64,000 nt of DNA from Chitinophagales bacterium (lineage in GTDB: Bacteria; Bacteroidota; Bacteroidia; Chitinophagales; Chitinophagaceae). Shown here one piece after another: positions 1 to 10,331 of this stretch. The stretch lies in NCBI GenBank assembly GCA_017303855.1, contig JAFLBL010000001.1:189978-253977 (forward strand). Direction: 5' to 3'. The notes under the pieces are model-generated. The model ran no database searches and had not been told where the DNA came from. It saw nothing but the letters and a program-made list of their open reading frames with translations. The translations under genes were made by a program, and so were the position numbers. Each line of letters opens with the position of its first letter. Position 1 is the first letter of the stretch.

Positions 1-243
1 ATTGCCATTTACTCTATAAGTAAAAAAGGAAAACTGACGCTGCTCGGACATCAATCCACGCTGGGTAATGGCCCGCGCAATTTCAATTTTGACCCTTCAG
101 AGCAATTCCTGCTGGTGGGCAACCAAAACAGTGATGAGATCGTAATCTTTGAACGCAATGCGTCCACTGGCTTGTTAAAAGACAGCGGCAAACGGATTGC
201 CCTGGGCAAACCAGTTTGCCTGAAGTGGATCCCGGTTAATTAA
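1..243 (+). CDS. C-terminal fragment of a lactonase / 6-phosphogluconolactonase-type beta-propeller protein (5' end outside window)
   Basis: Frame +1 is open from base 1 to TAA at 241-243 (...[43 protein letters not shown]...), which resembles the YbhE/Pgl lactonase family. It is absent from the ORF track because it has no start in the window. Confidence 0.55.
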   Translation: MAIYSISKKGKLTLLGHQSTLGNGPRNFNFDPSEQFLLVGNQNSDEIVIFERNASTGLLKDSGKRIALGKPVCLKWIPVN

Positions 244-1274
244 TCTTTAGTGAGCCGGGGCCGCAAGCGTTGCTTTGATTTATTAAATATGTGCTGACCA
301 TTGTCAACGCCTTTCCGTAATTCTTTCCGGCGTTCATCCGGCAACAACAGGGTATCCTGGCATTCTTTACTGCAGCAACCTTCATACGTGGTTGCACATT
401 GGGCACATTGTATAAAGAGCAGGTGACAGCCGTCATTTTTACAATTGGTATGGGTATCGGCCGGTTTGCCGCATTGATGACAATGGGCGATAATATCATC
501 TGTTATCCGCTCACCAAGTCTTTCATCAAACACAAAATTTTTACCAATGAATTTACTGGGCAGCCCCTTTTCTTTGATCTGCTTTGCATAATTAATTATG
601 CCGCCTTCCAGGTGAAAGACGTTTTTAAACCCCTTGTGCAGCATGAACGCGGAAGCTTTTTCACAGCGGATTCCCCCGGTGCAATACATGATGATATTGG
701 CCTCTTTTTTCTCTTTCATCATTTCAGCCGCCATGGGTAATTGCTCGCGGAATGTATCCGACGGAATTTCTATGGCTCTTTCAAAATGGCCAACTTCAAA
801 CTCATAGTAGTTCCGCATATCAATAATCACGGTATCCGGATCTTCGGCCAGCCGGTTATACTCTTCTGCATTTACATATTTTCCTTTATTGGCCATATCA
901 AAACCGGGGTCATCAATGCCGTCGGCTACTATCTTCGGCCGCACTTTTATATCCAGCACAAAAAAGGATTTCCCGTCATCATCCACCGCAATATTCAACC
1001 GAAGCCCATTCAGTGGTTCGATTGTATACAGATAAGCCCGCAATGCCTCCAGGTTGGAAGAAGGGACACTTATCTGCGCGTTGATTCCTTCATGAGCCAC
1101 ATAGATCCGTCCAAGCACGCCTGATTGCTTCAGCTCGCGGTACAGTGTGTTCCTGAAACTGGCAGGATCTTCAATCTTAAAATAACAATAAAAGGAAATC
1201 GTAGTCCTCGGTGTGAGATCGTTTAATACAGCTTCTTTCAGCTCCTTGCGGGAGACGCGGTTGTGTAAGGCCAT
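240..1274 (-). CDS. trhO: rhodanese-domain tRNA uridine(34) hydroxylase (UPF0176/YceA family)
   Basis: 344-aa ORF with ATG at 1274. It has [17 protein letters not shown], the rhodanese active-site loop [11 protein letters not shown] and a C-terminal Cys-rich tail. Confidence 0.8.
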   Translation of the reverse strand: MALHNRVSRKELKEAVLNDLTPRTTISFYCYFKIEDPASFRNTLYRELKQSGVLGRIYVAHEGINAQISVPSSNLEALRAYLYTIEPLNGLRLNIAVDDDGKSFFVLDIKVRPKIVADGIDDPGFDMANKGKYVNAEEYNRLAEDPDTVIIDMRNYYEFEVGHFERAIEIPSDTFREQLPMAAEMMKEKKEANIIMYCTGGIRCEKASAFMLHKGFKNVFHLEGGIINYAKQIKEKGLPSKFIGKNFVFDERLGERITDDIIAHCHQCGKPADTHTNCKNDGCHLLFIQCAQCATTYEGCCSKECQDTLLLPDERRKELRKGVDNGQHIFNKSKQRLRPRLTKD

Positions 1275-1437
1275 AAAGTTTGAAATCTGAATCCCGTTTG
1301 TACGGGATAATTAATAATAATCGGACAGTTGCAGGCTGAACCAAATTTCGTTTACTGAAATATCCTGAATCAGTTACTTCAGCGGGCAAATTTACAAAAA
1401 AACAGGCGAATAACCGATTGAACGGATTACCAGCAGT

Positions 1438-3927
1438 TTACGGCCAGTCTTCCCGGCCCCTGCTGAGATTCAGCTTACTCAGCCCGATCCGGATACCCTG
1501 CTGAAAGGGTTTCCCATTCTGATAAGATTGTACAAAGTCTACCCGGATCTGTTTAAAGATATTATCGAAACCGGCAAATACTTCGTAGTAGTATTTATGA
1601 TTATTCAGGTAAATCCCATTCGCACCCGTTACCAGGTAGAGGTTCAGCTTGCGGATCAGGGGTAGTTTATTAGTCAGGAATCCTTTCAGATTGTATTCCA
1701 GGTGAGATTCGGCATAAAACTTATCCTTATTGCTGAACAGGTATTGTGGCAATAACATAAAGCTTCGCTGGTACTCGGGCATAAACCGGGTAATGGTTCC
1801 ATTGAAATGCTGATAATCGGGCAATTCCACGGAACGGTTATTCAAAAAACCACCCATACCCACCCTGTACCTGAATTGTCCTTTCAATTTCAGGTTCAGG
1901 TTATCTGTTACATATAATTTCCATTTACTGAAGTCTGCATCACTCCCCAGTATATTCTTAATTCCCCTGGTATATTGAAAGGAGAAGTTCGGATAACGGG
2001 AACCCAGGCTTACTTTACGGTCGGGATACTCTACGTACCGTGTGCCCGGCTGCCAGTTAATGCCCAGTAATACAATAAACGACTGATGGGGTACAATATT
2101 CGCTGTAACCAGTTCATTGGGATAATTTGGCGAATACATCCGTTGCTCATCTTTCCGCCAGGTATAATCCGTTCTGTTCTCCAGCGGTTTACGATCCTGG
2201 TATTGAAATCCTGTTACAATTGAAAACCCGCTCCCCAGGCCACTCCGGTAACTGCCACGTATAAACGCCGCTTCATACGTCTTCCGGATATTGCGTTCAT
2301 AGATCAGCGAATTGAATGTATTGTCGCGGTCACTCACCGGCAGATCGGGATTGAATTGAAATACTTTTCTGCCACCGGAGAGACTGAAGGACTGATTATA
2401 TTTTTTTCCATAATTATACCGGAAGCTGAGCATGGGATTAAAATGCCGGTTCAGGAAGCCATAACGGAACTCCGGGGTGATACTGTAAGAACGCCGGCCC
2501 ATGGGAATTGTATCCAGTCTTTTAAAAAGGGTAACAGAAGGATTCAGTACCAGCCCTTCTGCCGGGTGGAAATTGACCATTTCCAGAACAGGGGCCAGAC
2601 TGATCGTCTGCCGTTTTTTTGAAATGGAAAAGGTCTGTCCCAGTAAGAGCAGGTTTACCGGGGTAATTTTATTGTTCTTCCGGTCAATTGAATCTTTATA
2701 CCGGGGACTTTTGCGTACCTGTTCCAGGCTGTCCTTCTTCTGGTAATCCCGGACTTCATCGGCCAACAGGGCAACGGGCCTGTTTTTTTCCCAATAAGCT
2801 TCATCCCGTTTATTGGCACTGTCGGTATATTTCACAACCGTGCTGCTGAATGTTTTTTTATCAATAACGGGTTCCGGATCAAATCCGGAATAGACGTTTA
2901 CAAAACTGCCATACACATCGAATCCCAGAATTTTGGTGGCCGGGTAAATTACCTGGCTGCTGACAAACCAACGGTCTTTATCATGAGCCCGGTACAATTG
3001 CTCTACCCGCAGCGTATCCAGTATTTCCATCTGCGCACTCCTGGTCAGCAGCAGTTTTACCGAATGAATCCGCCATTCATCTTCCACTATATCGATATAA
3101 CCACTGAACAGGGGTTCGAATTTGCGACGGGGTATCACTTTAATATGATTAATCTCGCGTCCATCCTCGATATAACTGCCCTCCCATTTATATTTATAAT
3201 AATTCAGCGCATTCTCCGCAACGGGCGATATAAAGCCACGTGGATTGAGTCCATCACCTACACGCACATTGTTTTCATAAAAGGAAAGAAATTCCGGGGC
3301 GGCGAGTCCATAGCCCCCGGTCTGACCACTGACTTTGGAAGAAATCACTTCCAGTTTTATTTTGTTGGGTTTATCAACCGTGTAGACAGAAACCGTTTCC
3401 GAGAGATACAACATTTTCCGTTTACTGGTATCCCCGTCTTCAAAATCCACTTTCTGTCCCATTACTTTTTTGGGGAAACCACGCAGCCGCATTTGCCCCT
3501 TGGTATAGACTTCACAACGATAGCGGTCCAGTTGTGCGAGATAATATTTCCGCTTAAGAATTGACTGACGGATAATTTCATACGCCGGATCCTCCCCTTT
3601 TCCTAAAACCACTTCTCCCAATGTAAGCTCCTGTACATGCAGGCGGAAATCAACGGTAAGGTCGGATTGTTGGGCAATGGTGATGCTTTTCTCCTGGCGG
3701 GCATAGCCTACATACTGGCAGTTCAAAGTGTAGGTACCGGCCGTAAGTGTGAGAGAGTACCGTCCTTCAGCATTGGTACTGGTTCCCTTATTCATACCCT
3801 GAACAAATACGGATGCAAAAGGCAAAGGCCGGCCACTGCTGTCGGTGACAACACCCGACACTTTGCCGGCAAATAAAGACTGACAGGAAAATAAAAGCAG
3901 TAAGATAGAGACAGTTGATCGGTTCAT
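1438..3927 (-). CDS. carboxypeptidase-regulatory-like domain protein with large beta-rich C-terminal domain (DUF5686-like), secreted/outer membrane
   Basis: The track ORF extends to 4032, but the ATG at 3927 (MNRSTVSILLLLFSCQSLFA) gives a signal peptide and removes the overlap with the neighbouring gene. GKVSGVVTDSSGRPLPFASVFV...AEGRYSL is a CarboxypepD_reg fold signature. Confidence 0.6.
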   Translation of the reverse strand: MNRSTVSILLLLFSCQSLFAGKVSGVVTDSSGRPLPFASVFVQGMNKGTSTNAEGRYSLTLTAGTYTLNCQYVGYARQEKSITIAQQSDLTVDFRLHVQELTLGEVVLGKGEDPAYEIIRQSILKRKYYLAQLDRYRCEVYTKGQMRLRGFPKKVMGQKVDFEDGDTSKRKMLYLSETVSVYTVDKPNKIKLEVISSKVSGQTGGYGLAAPEFLSFYENNVRVGDGLNPRGFISPVAENALNYYKYKWEGSYIEDGREINHIKVIPRRKFEPLFSGYIDIVEDEWRIHSVKLLLTRSAQMEILDTLRVEQLYRAHDKDRWFVSSQVIYPATKILGFDVYGSFVNVYSGFDPEPVIDKKTFSSTVVKYTDSANKRDEAYWEKNRPVALLADEVRDYQKKDSLEQVRKSPRYKDSIDRKNNKITPVNLLLLGQTFSISKKRQTISLAPVLEMVNFHPAEGLVLNPSVTLFKRLDTIPMGRRSYSITPEFRYGFLNRHFNPMLSFRYNYGKKYNQSFSLSGGRKVFQFNPDLPVSDRDNTFNSLIYERNIRKTYEAAFIRGSYRSGLGSGFSIVTGFQYQDRKPLENRTDYTWRKDEQRMYSPNYPNELVTANIVPHQSFIVLLGINWQPGTRYVEYPDRKVSLGSRYPNFSFQYTRGIKNILGSDADFSKWKLYVTDNLNLKLKGQFRYRVGMGGFLNNRSVELPDYQHFNGTITRFMPEYQRSFMLLPQYLFSNKDKFYAESHLEYNLKGFLTNKLPLIRKLNLYLVTGANGIYLNNHKYYYEVFAGFDNIFKQIRVDFVQSYQNGKPFQQGIRIGLSKLNLSRGREDWP

Positions 3928-3997
3928 GTTGGGGCGCAAGATAAACCAAGCCATGCTTGATCCCGCTGCATGGTCAACCCTTAGAAAAGAATTAACA

Positions 3998-4354
3998 TCA
4001 TTTCTTAGAAGAGGCCCGGAGAAAACTGCCACTCATCGCCGCAAAACCGCCAATCAGTCCGCCTGCCACCCCGGTAAGCAGGATCAGCAGCAGACTGTTC
4101 CCGTTAAGTGGTAGTATATGCGCAATTCGTTGCGAGAGTACACTATTATTTTTTGCATCAATCCAGTAAGCAAGTCCGGCCCATAGCAGCAGTATACCGA
4201 GAAAGCCCGCTAAAAAAGCCTTACCCGCTTTCTGATGCACCAGGACGGCTACCAGTAAAGAGGTAACGGCAAAACCCCACCAGGGCGAAAAAGACAATGT
4301 GCCGGCGATAAATCCGGTCAGGGCAGTTAATATGATAGCTGTAAGAAATTTCAT
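3998..4354 (-). CDS. small integral membrane protein, function unknown
   Basis: 118-aa ORF with ATG start and about four hydrophobic segments. It is packed between two same-strand genes. Confidence 0.5.
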   Translation of the reverse strand: MKFLTAIILTALTGFIAGTLSFSPWWGFAVTSLLVAVLVHQKAGKAFLAGFLGILLLWAGLAYWIDAKNNSVLSQRIAHILPLNGNSLLLILLTGVAGGLIGGFAAMSGSFLRASSKK

Positions 4355-4385
4355 GATTACTGATTGAAAACTTGCTGAATTAAAT

Positions 4386-6827
4386 TTATTTACCCGTACT
4401 GAATTTCATAATCCATTTTACCTGTTTATCGCTGCGGTCACCGTCGTGCATAAACCAGAGTTTATTATACTCTCCGGCCGCCCATTGATTCACATAATTG
4501 TCATAGAAACGGCTGCCCGGGTTGCCGTTTTGTCCGCCGGGATAAACACCATAGGCTTCCGTTTGTCCGGTCATATGTACAATCATCCGCCAGCTTGGAC
4601 CATGGCTATGTGTGATGGCATTGATGATATTTCCATTACCGCCAACAGGTAATCCCATCCGGGCAAATCCTTTCAGGTCTTTGATCAGGTGATATACACT
4701 GGGGTTTTTGAATTTTGTCCACTCCAGTTTACCCGCCAGTTCTTTTTTCCGGAGATCTGCACTGGCTTTATTCAGGGCAGTAGTAACCAGCTCTGCCAGT
4801 GTTTCCCGTTTGGTTGTGTTACGGTTGTCAATATAAATTAACGCGGAATCTTTTTTCAGCAGCTCCATCGTAGTCTGTTCCTCCGGCCAGGGTGTTTCCG
4901 GTACCACACGGGCCATATCATCCTGCCAGATTTCCACTTCGAGACTGTCCCACCAGCATTGATAGATTGTTTGCCCCTTTGAATCAGGAGACGCATTCAG
5001 GTCCCAGTCACGGAAGAGCTGCAGGTATTTTTTGGATTCCGGATGCAGTGCTTCTTCCCGTACATTGGCCAGTAACAGAGGCCTTATATCTTCTGCCAGT
5101 GTATTGAAATAATTTCCATGCAAGGCCATCATGTCTTTCACTGTAATGCCTGACATTGCCGCCAGTTTATTTTCGATCGTGATACCCCTGGGTGTGATAT
5201 AACTGCCGGGAATAAAATACGGATATGTGGAATCAGCGGGTCGTTGATTGGCACTTTCAAGAAACCCGCGTTCAGGATTTTTTGCATGTGGATTTTCCTG
5301 TTGGGGAATAAATCCCTGCCACATATAACTGCTGTCTTCGCCCGGCATTACATACAAACCCTGGCGGTCCCAGCGGGCCGGAAATTTTCCCTGTTGCCAG
5401 ATACCAATATCCCCGGTTTTTGAGGCAAAAATAAAATTCTGCCCCGGGCATTGGAAGGTTGCAATGGCAGCCGCATATTCATCATAATTCTTTGCCCGGT
5501 TCAGGTGATAAAAGGTGTACCCTTCATTACTGGGGTCATGGGCAACCCAGCGTACCGCCAGGTTGCGGTTACCCGACAATTCATTGGAGAAAGAAGCATC
5601 AAACATCACCGGTCCGAAAACGGTATAGGCTACTGTATCTTTTACATCGGCCTGCCCTTTTACTTTTATGATTTCTTCCTTCAGCGTGGTTTTCTCCCAT
5701 TTGCCATTAAACCAGTATTCCTGTTTACTGTTATCCCTGAATTTAATCTCATAATAATCCTTCACATCCCGCTGGGCATTGGTTACGCCCCAGGCAATAC
5801 TATCGTTGAAACCGATCACCACAAAAGGACTGCCCGGGAGTGATACACCATAGGTATTACTCGTTGGGGATACCAGTTGGATTTCATACCAGATAGAAGG
5901 CAATGATAGTTCCAGGTGCGGATCATTGCAAAGTATCGGAGCGCCACTGGCGGTTTTGGAGCCGGCCACCACCCAGTTATTACTGCCATTATTAATATCC
6001 GGTTTGGAGATCTCTTTAGCGTTCACCGTATCTTTCCGGCCCAGGTACAGGGAGTCTGCAGTAGCAGGCGCCACCGGCACAATACCCGGCGTTTCGAATA
6101 CGGTTCCCTTTGGAACAATGGGCACTAATGAATCAGGCACCTGCGGATAAAGCCGTTTCAGTTCATCAGGCAGGAAAACGGATTTGGCATTGGTATTAGC
6201 CAGGTCATGTTCCGTTCCGGAGGAAAGCATTTTGGCCATCATTTTCAGGAGCAGGGCACTGCGGAGGTTGGACCAGGGTTCCGGCTGTATATTTAATAAT
6301 TTATACTCCACCGGCATTTCCGCATCCGTCATTGTACGGATATATGCGTTCACTCCGCTGGTATAGGCATCAAATAATTCTTTAGATGTGGGATCCTTTT
6401 CAATTTCGATCACGGCTTTTTCGGCAGCATAGACCATACCCAGCCGGCGTTGTTCCTTATCAAAATTTATGGCTTTAATACCGGCAATTTCGCTGGCTCT
6501 GCCCGCTGCCGCTTTTGTCTGCAGGTCCATCTGAAATAGACGGAATTTAGCATGCAAAAAACCCTGGATAAAATAAAGATCGTGGTCGTTTCCTGCAAAA
6601 ACATGGGGCACCAGCCGGTCATCAAGGAATACTTCAGCCTTCGCTTTTAAACCGGGTATCTGCAGATCGGCATCAAAATTTTCACCGGCAGGTTCGGCAT
6701 TCTGCCAGAAACCATACTGCGGACTTAGAAACTTTCCAACAGGGGGCATCGGGCCCCACTGATTACTGAGTGTAAATACGAGACCCGCAGTTATAGCGGC
6801 GGAAATGGCAAAAGGTAGTAATCGCAT
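4386..6827 (-). CDS. penicillin acylase family Ntn-hydrolase (peptidase S45; possible acyl-homoserine-lactone/beta-lactam acylase)
   Basis: 813 aa with a signal peptide. The internal autoprocessing site ...NNGSNNWVVAGSKTASGAPILCNDPHL is typical of S45 acylases. Confidence 0.85.
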   Translation of the reverse strand: MRLLPFAISAAITAGLVFTLSNQWGPMPPVGKFLSPQYGFWQNAEPAGENFDADLQIPGLKAKAEVFLDDRLVPHVFAGNDHDLYFIQGFLHAKFRLFQMDLQTKAAAGRASEIAGIKAINFDKEQRRLGMVYAAEKAVIEIEKDPTSKELFDAYTSGVNAYIRTMTDAEMPVEYKLLNIQPEPWSNLRSALLLKMMAKMLSSGTEHDLANTNAKSVFLPDELKRLYPQVPDSLVPIVPKGTVFETPGIVPVAPATADSLYLGRKDTVNAKEISKPDINNGSNNWVVAGSKTASGAPILCNDPHLELSLPSIWYEIQLVSPTSNTYGVSLPGSPFVVIGFNDSIAWGVTNAQRDVKDYYEIKFRDNSKQEYWFNGKWEKTTLKEEIIKVKGQADVKDTVAYTVFGPVMFDASFSNELSGNRNLAVRWVAHDPSNEGYTFYHLNRAKNYDEYAAAIATFQCPGQNFIFASKTGDIGIWQQGKFPARWDRQGLYVMPGEDSSYMWQGFIPQQENPHAKNPERGFLESANQRPADSTYPYFIPGSYITPRGITIENKLAAMSGITVKDMMALHGNYFNTLAEDIRPLLLANVREEALHPESKKYLQLFRDWDLNASPDSKGQTIYQCWWDSLEVEIWQDDMARVVPETPWPEEQTTMELLKKDSALIYIDNRNTTKRETLAELVTTALNKASADLRKKELAGKLEWTKFKNPSVYHLIKDLKGFARMGLPVGGNGNIINAITHSHGPSWRMIVHMTGQTEAYGVYPGGQNGNPGSRFYDNYVNQWAAGEYNKLWFMHDGDRSDKQVKWIMKFSTGK

Positions 6828-6964
6828 CGGTGAGAATTAGGTGCGAAATATACAACTTTCCGGTAACAGGCAGACATTCAATCCTTTCAAAAAATACCAC
6901 TTTCATGGGATACCGGAAATGGAAAATCCGCACTATCCTTGTGGTACATTAAACCATTTTACCA

Positions 6965-7375
6965 ATGAACATTGTACAAACAACAAGGCGCAGTTTTTTG
7001 CTGGCCATCCTTACCCTGTCACTTTTCGCCTCCTGTAAAAAAGACAAGACAGACCCTGTTTACCCGATTGAAGGACTTTGGTTGGGCAAATACGGTAGCG
7101 GGACGGCCGCCCCTGCCAGCGGGTATTCCATGGTAGTGGAATCCGGAGGAAAGATTACGGTGGCAGATGGTACCAGTATCTCAACTTCATCGAAAGGTTA
7201 CGGTACCTGGACCCTGACCGGAACTGTGTTTACCGCCACGTATACGTATACGGGTGGCAGCACTTTTTCCATTAAGGCCGACTGGAGCAATGCCGGAAAA
7301 ATGACCAATGGTACCTGGGGCAGCGGAACCAGTACATCGGGATCCGGTACCTGGTATATGGACCGGACAAACTGA
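6965..7375 (+). CDS. small lipoprotein, function unknown
   Basis: 136 aa with lipobox LSLFASC after a positively charged N-terminus. The mature part is Gly/Thr/Ser-rich and beta-like. Confidence 0.6.
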   Translation: MNIVQTTRRSFLLAILTLSLFASCKKDKTDPVYPIEGLWLGKYGSGTAAPASGYSMVVESGGKITVADGTSISTSSKGYGTWTLTGTVFTATYTYTGGSTFSIKADWSNAGKMTNGTWGSGTSTSGSGTWYMDRTN

Positions 7376-7380
7376 TCCTG

Positions 7381-7411
7381 AAAGACCGGCTTTTGCCGGT
7401 CTTTGCTTTTT
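7381..7411 (+). terminator. intrinsic terminator after lipoprotein gene
   Basis: Perfect 10-bp stem AAAGACCGGC/GCCGGTCTTT with TTTT loop, followed by GCTTTTT. Confidence 0.6.
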
Positions 7412-7440
7412 ACCTAATTTCAGGATATAAAATAACCGTT

Positions 7441-8001
7441 ATGCCAGTATTAATAATTGTTGGTATTATTATCCTGATTGTACTATGGGTCATCAGTCTT
7501 TATAACAGCCTGGTTCGTCTCCGCAACCGCAGGCAGAATGCGTTTGCCGATATTGATGTACAGTTGCGCCAGCGGCATGACCTGGTGCCACAATTAGTGG
7601 AAACAGTAAAGGGATATGCCAGTCATGAAAAAGAGCTTTTGATTAAAATAACAGAAGCCCGTTCGGCCGCCATGAATGCCAGTACGATTGATGGCAAAAT
7701 TGTAGCGGAACAGCAACTCAGTTCTGCTCTTGCCGGATTAAAAGTGTCGGTGGAAGCTTATCCCGATCTGAAAGCCAATCAGAATTTTCTGCAATTGCAG
7801 GAAGAACTCAGCGATATTGAAAACAAGCTGGCCGCCAGCCGTCGCTTCTTCAATGCGGCTACTACCGAATACAATACTGCGGTGGAATCATTTCCAGGCA
7901 ACCTGCTGGCCCGCAATTTCGGCTTCAGCAAAGAAATCATGTTTGATCTGGGTACTGATACCCGTAAGCAGATGGAAGAGCCTCCGAAAATTCAGTTTTA
8001 A
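7441..8001 (+). CDS. LemA family membrane protein
   Basis: N-terminal TM followed by YNSLVRLRNRRQNAFADIDVQLRQRHDLVPQLVETVKGY and FFNAATTEYNTAVESFPGNL, which are LemA signatures. I chose the ATG at 7441 because the track start at 7393 lies inside the upstream terminator hairpin. Confidence 0.85.
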   Translation: MPVLIIVGIIILIVLWVISLYNSLVRLRNRRQNAFADIDVQLRQRHDLVPQLVETVKGYASHEKELLIKITEARSAAMNASTIDGKIVAEQQLSSALAGLKVSVEAYPDLKANQNFLQLQEELSDIENKLAASRRFFNAATTEYNTAVESFPGNLLARNFGFSKEIMFDLGTDTRKQMEEPPKIQF

Positions 8002-8022
8002 CGGGGGTATTATAACGTTACT

Positions 8023-8964
8023 ATGGAATATGTCGGACTTGACAGACAGATCCGCAGGAATAATACGAATTCCCTTTTACTGCTGATTGCCTTCCCGGCC
8101 CTGCTGCTGGGGATGTGTTATGCGTTTATCTATTTCACCCAGGGACAGGCGGAGTATGGCACAGATCCCAACCTGCTCTTCCTGCAGAGTCTGCCTGTTG
8201 TTTTAGCAGCTACGGGTATCTGGTTTTTGATTGCCTGGGCCGGACATTCCTCGTTTATCCGTATGGCCACCGGCAGTAAACCGCTGGAGCGGATGGAGAA
8301 TAAAAGAGTGTATAACCTGCTGGAAAATCTTTGTATCGCGCAGGGAATGCCGCAACCCCGGCTTTTTATCATTGAAGATGAATCCCTGAATGCTTTTGCC
8401 AGCGGTATTGATCAGCGCTCTTATTCCATTTCGCTATCCCGGGGCATCATCAATAAACTCAGTGACGAAGAGCTGGAAGGCGTAATTGCGCATGAATTAG
8501 CGCATATCCGAAACCGTGATGTGCGCCTGCTGATCATCTCCATCATATTCGTTGGCATATTTTCTTTTCTGGCCGAGCTGGCATTCCGCAGTCTGCGTTT
8601 TACGGGTGGCGGCCGTCGCAGTAAGGATTCGAAAGGCAGCGGGGCCATCATCCTGATCGCCATTGTGGTAACGGCTCTCGCCTATTTCATATCACTGTTA
8701 CTGCGTTTCGGCATCAGCCGCCACCGCGAATACCTCGCCGATGCGGGTGCCGCCGATATGACGAAGAATCCACAGGCGCTCGCCAGTGCTCTCCGTAAAG
8801 TGGCGGTTGATCCAGCCATTGAAGCAGTCGAGAGCCGGGATGTGGCGCAACTCTTTTTCGACAACCCCAAGCCTTCTTCACATACTTCCGCCTCCTGGGA
8901 CAATATGTTTGCCACGCATCCGCCAATTGAGAAGCGGATTGCTTTATTGGAACAGTTTGGGTAA
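8023..8964 (+). CDS. M48 family zinc metalloprotease (HtpX-like)
   Basis: 313 aa with multiple TM segments, HELAH zinc motif (HELAHIRNRD) and distal glutamate region. It lies 21 nt after lemA, a common LemA-HtpX pairing. Confidence 0.8.
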   Translation: MEYVGLDRQIRRNNTNSLLLLIAFPALLLGMCYAFIYFTQGQAEYGTDPNLLFLQSLPVVLAATGIWFLIAWAGHSSFIRMATGSKPLERMENKRVYNLLENLCIAQGMPQPRLFIIEDESLNAFASGIDQRSYSISLSRGIINKLSDEELEGVIAHELAHIRNRDVRLLIISIIFVGIFSFLAELAFRSLRFTGGGRRSKDSKGSGAIILIAIVVTALAYFISLLLRFGISRHREYLADAGAADMTKNPQALASALRKVAVDPAIEAVESRDVAQLFFDNPKPSSHTSASWDNMFATHPPIEKRIALLEQFG

Positions 8965-9093
8965 AAAGGTTATCAAAGCCGGTTGAAGAGAGGGCAAGTT
9001 CTCATCCTGATTGCCATTTACCTGGCCTTATACTTTCTCAGCAAAAATTTCTGGTACTGCCATTCCATTTCCAATGCATGACGCGATCCCTTC

Positions 9094-10284
9094 TTATTTC
9101 AATTTAGCCAGGGCCGCCTTAATACGGGTCCAGCCTTCTTCAATTTTGGGCATACTGTTGGCAAATGAGAAACGAACGCATTTGGGTTCGCCGAAGGCAT
9201 CGCCCATTACAGAAGATACATGTGCAGTGTTCAGCAAATACATAGAAAGATCGGCAGCATTGCTGATGGTGTTTTCGCCATCACTCTTCCCGTAATAATA
9301 ACTTACATCGGGGAAAATATAGAAGGCACCCTCCGGTTCGGGACAAATCACTCCTGGAATATCTTTTACAATTTCAAGTACTTTAGTACGACGACGGGTG
9401 AACTCTTCCACCATTTCCATAGTCGGCCTGAGATCAGTTGTCAATGCCACTACCGCCGCTTTCTGGGTGATGGAGTTGGTGCCACTTGTAAATTGCCCCT
9501 GGATTTTTTCACAGGCTTTCGCGATATCTGCATGCGCGGCAATATAACCCAGCCGCCAACCGGTCATGGCAAATCCTTTACTGAGTCCATTAACGATAAT
9601 CACACGGTCTTTGAGGTCGGCAAACTGTGCAATGCTCTCATGCTTGCCAACAAAGTTGATATACTCATAGATCTCATCAGAGATAATCAGGATCTGCGGA
9701 TATTTACGGAATACATCAGCCAGGGCAGACAACTCTTCTTTACTATATACTGCTCCACTGGGATTACAGGGAGATGAAAACAGGAATACTTTTGATTGCG
9801 GGGTGATGGCGGCTTCCAGCTGAGCGGCGTTGATTTTGAAACCGGAGTCAGGACTGCTCTTGATCTCAACCACTTTACCACGCGCGATTTTCACCAGCTC
9901 ACTATATGTAACCCAATACGGTGTGGGAATTATTACTTCATCATTATCATCCACCAGGGCGAGTATGGCATTGGCCAGACTTTGCTTGGCACCGGTGGAG
10001 GTTACAATATTTTCCGCTTTATACTCCAGGTTATTATCCCGTTTCAGTTTGGTACAAACCGCTTCCCGCAAATCAGGATATCCGGATACCGGTGTATAAT
10101 GACTCCAGTTGTCCTGAATGGCTTTTACCGCCGCCTGTTTGATATGTTCAGGTGTATCAAAATCCGGCTCACCCAGACTGAGATCAATTACATCAATCCC
10201 CTTTGCCCTGAGTTCACGTCCCAGTTTTGCCATTTTTAAAGTCTCTGGTTCATTGAAGCGCTGCAGGAAGGATGATAGTTGCAT
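9094..10284 (-). CDS. class I/II pyridoxal-phosphate-dependent aminotransferase (aspartate aminotransferase-like)
   Basis: 396 aa. It has LSLGEPDFDTP, NPSGAVY and the PLP-lysine motif SKGFAMTGWRLGY. Confidence 0.85.
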   Translation of the reverse strand: MQLSSFLQRFNEPETLKMAKLGRELRAKGIDVIDLSLGEPDFDTPEHIKQAAVKAIQDNWSHYTPVSGYPDLREAVCTKLKRDNNLEYKAENIVTSTGAKQSLANAILALVDDNDEVIIPTPYWVTYSELVKIARGKVVEIKSSPDSGFKINAAQLEAAITPQSKVFLFSSPCNPSGAVYSKEELSALADVFRKYPQILIISDEIYEYINFVGKHESIAQFADLKDRVIIVNGLSKGFAMTGWRLGYIAAHADIAKACEKIQGQFTSGTNSITQKAAVVALTTDLRPTMEMVEEFTRRRTKVLEIVKDIPGVICPEPEGAFYIFPDVSYYYGKSDGENTISNAADLSMYLLNTAHVSSVMGDAFGEPKCVRFSFANSMPKIEEGWTRIKAALAKLK

Positions 10285-10291
10285 GATAGTA

Positions 10292-10331
10292 TTGAGGGTT
10301 TTGAGTTTAGGTTTTAGGGTTTAAAGTTTAG
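10292..10331. repeat. degenerate heptad repeat (TAGGGTT-like, about 5.5 units) directly upstream of the aminotransferase start codon
   Basis: The units are gagggtt ttgagtt taggttt tagggtt taaagtt tag. Bases 10285-10331 contain no C on the plus strand, so the minus-strand leader has no G. Confidence 0.6.

Noticed and set aside
3928-4032. N-terminal extensions in the ORF track: 1438..4032, 21841..23811, 25823..27004, 7393.., 31085.., 31945.., 37155.., 48034.., 54932...
   Set aside because: Several of the track starts checked are TTG or GTG (31085, 31945, 37155, 48034, 54932). The extensions overlap neighbouring genes or terminators, or precede a clean signal peptide or conserved N-terminus that begins at an internal ATG. 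In several cases a TAnnTTTG box lies inside the extension.
10292-10331. Similarity of the heptad repeat to the plant-type telomere repeat TTTAGGG/CCCTAAA.
   Set aside because: The array is short and degenerate (about 5 units) inside a bacterial intergenic region, so the resemblance is coincidental. I report it only as a compositional and repeat feature.
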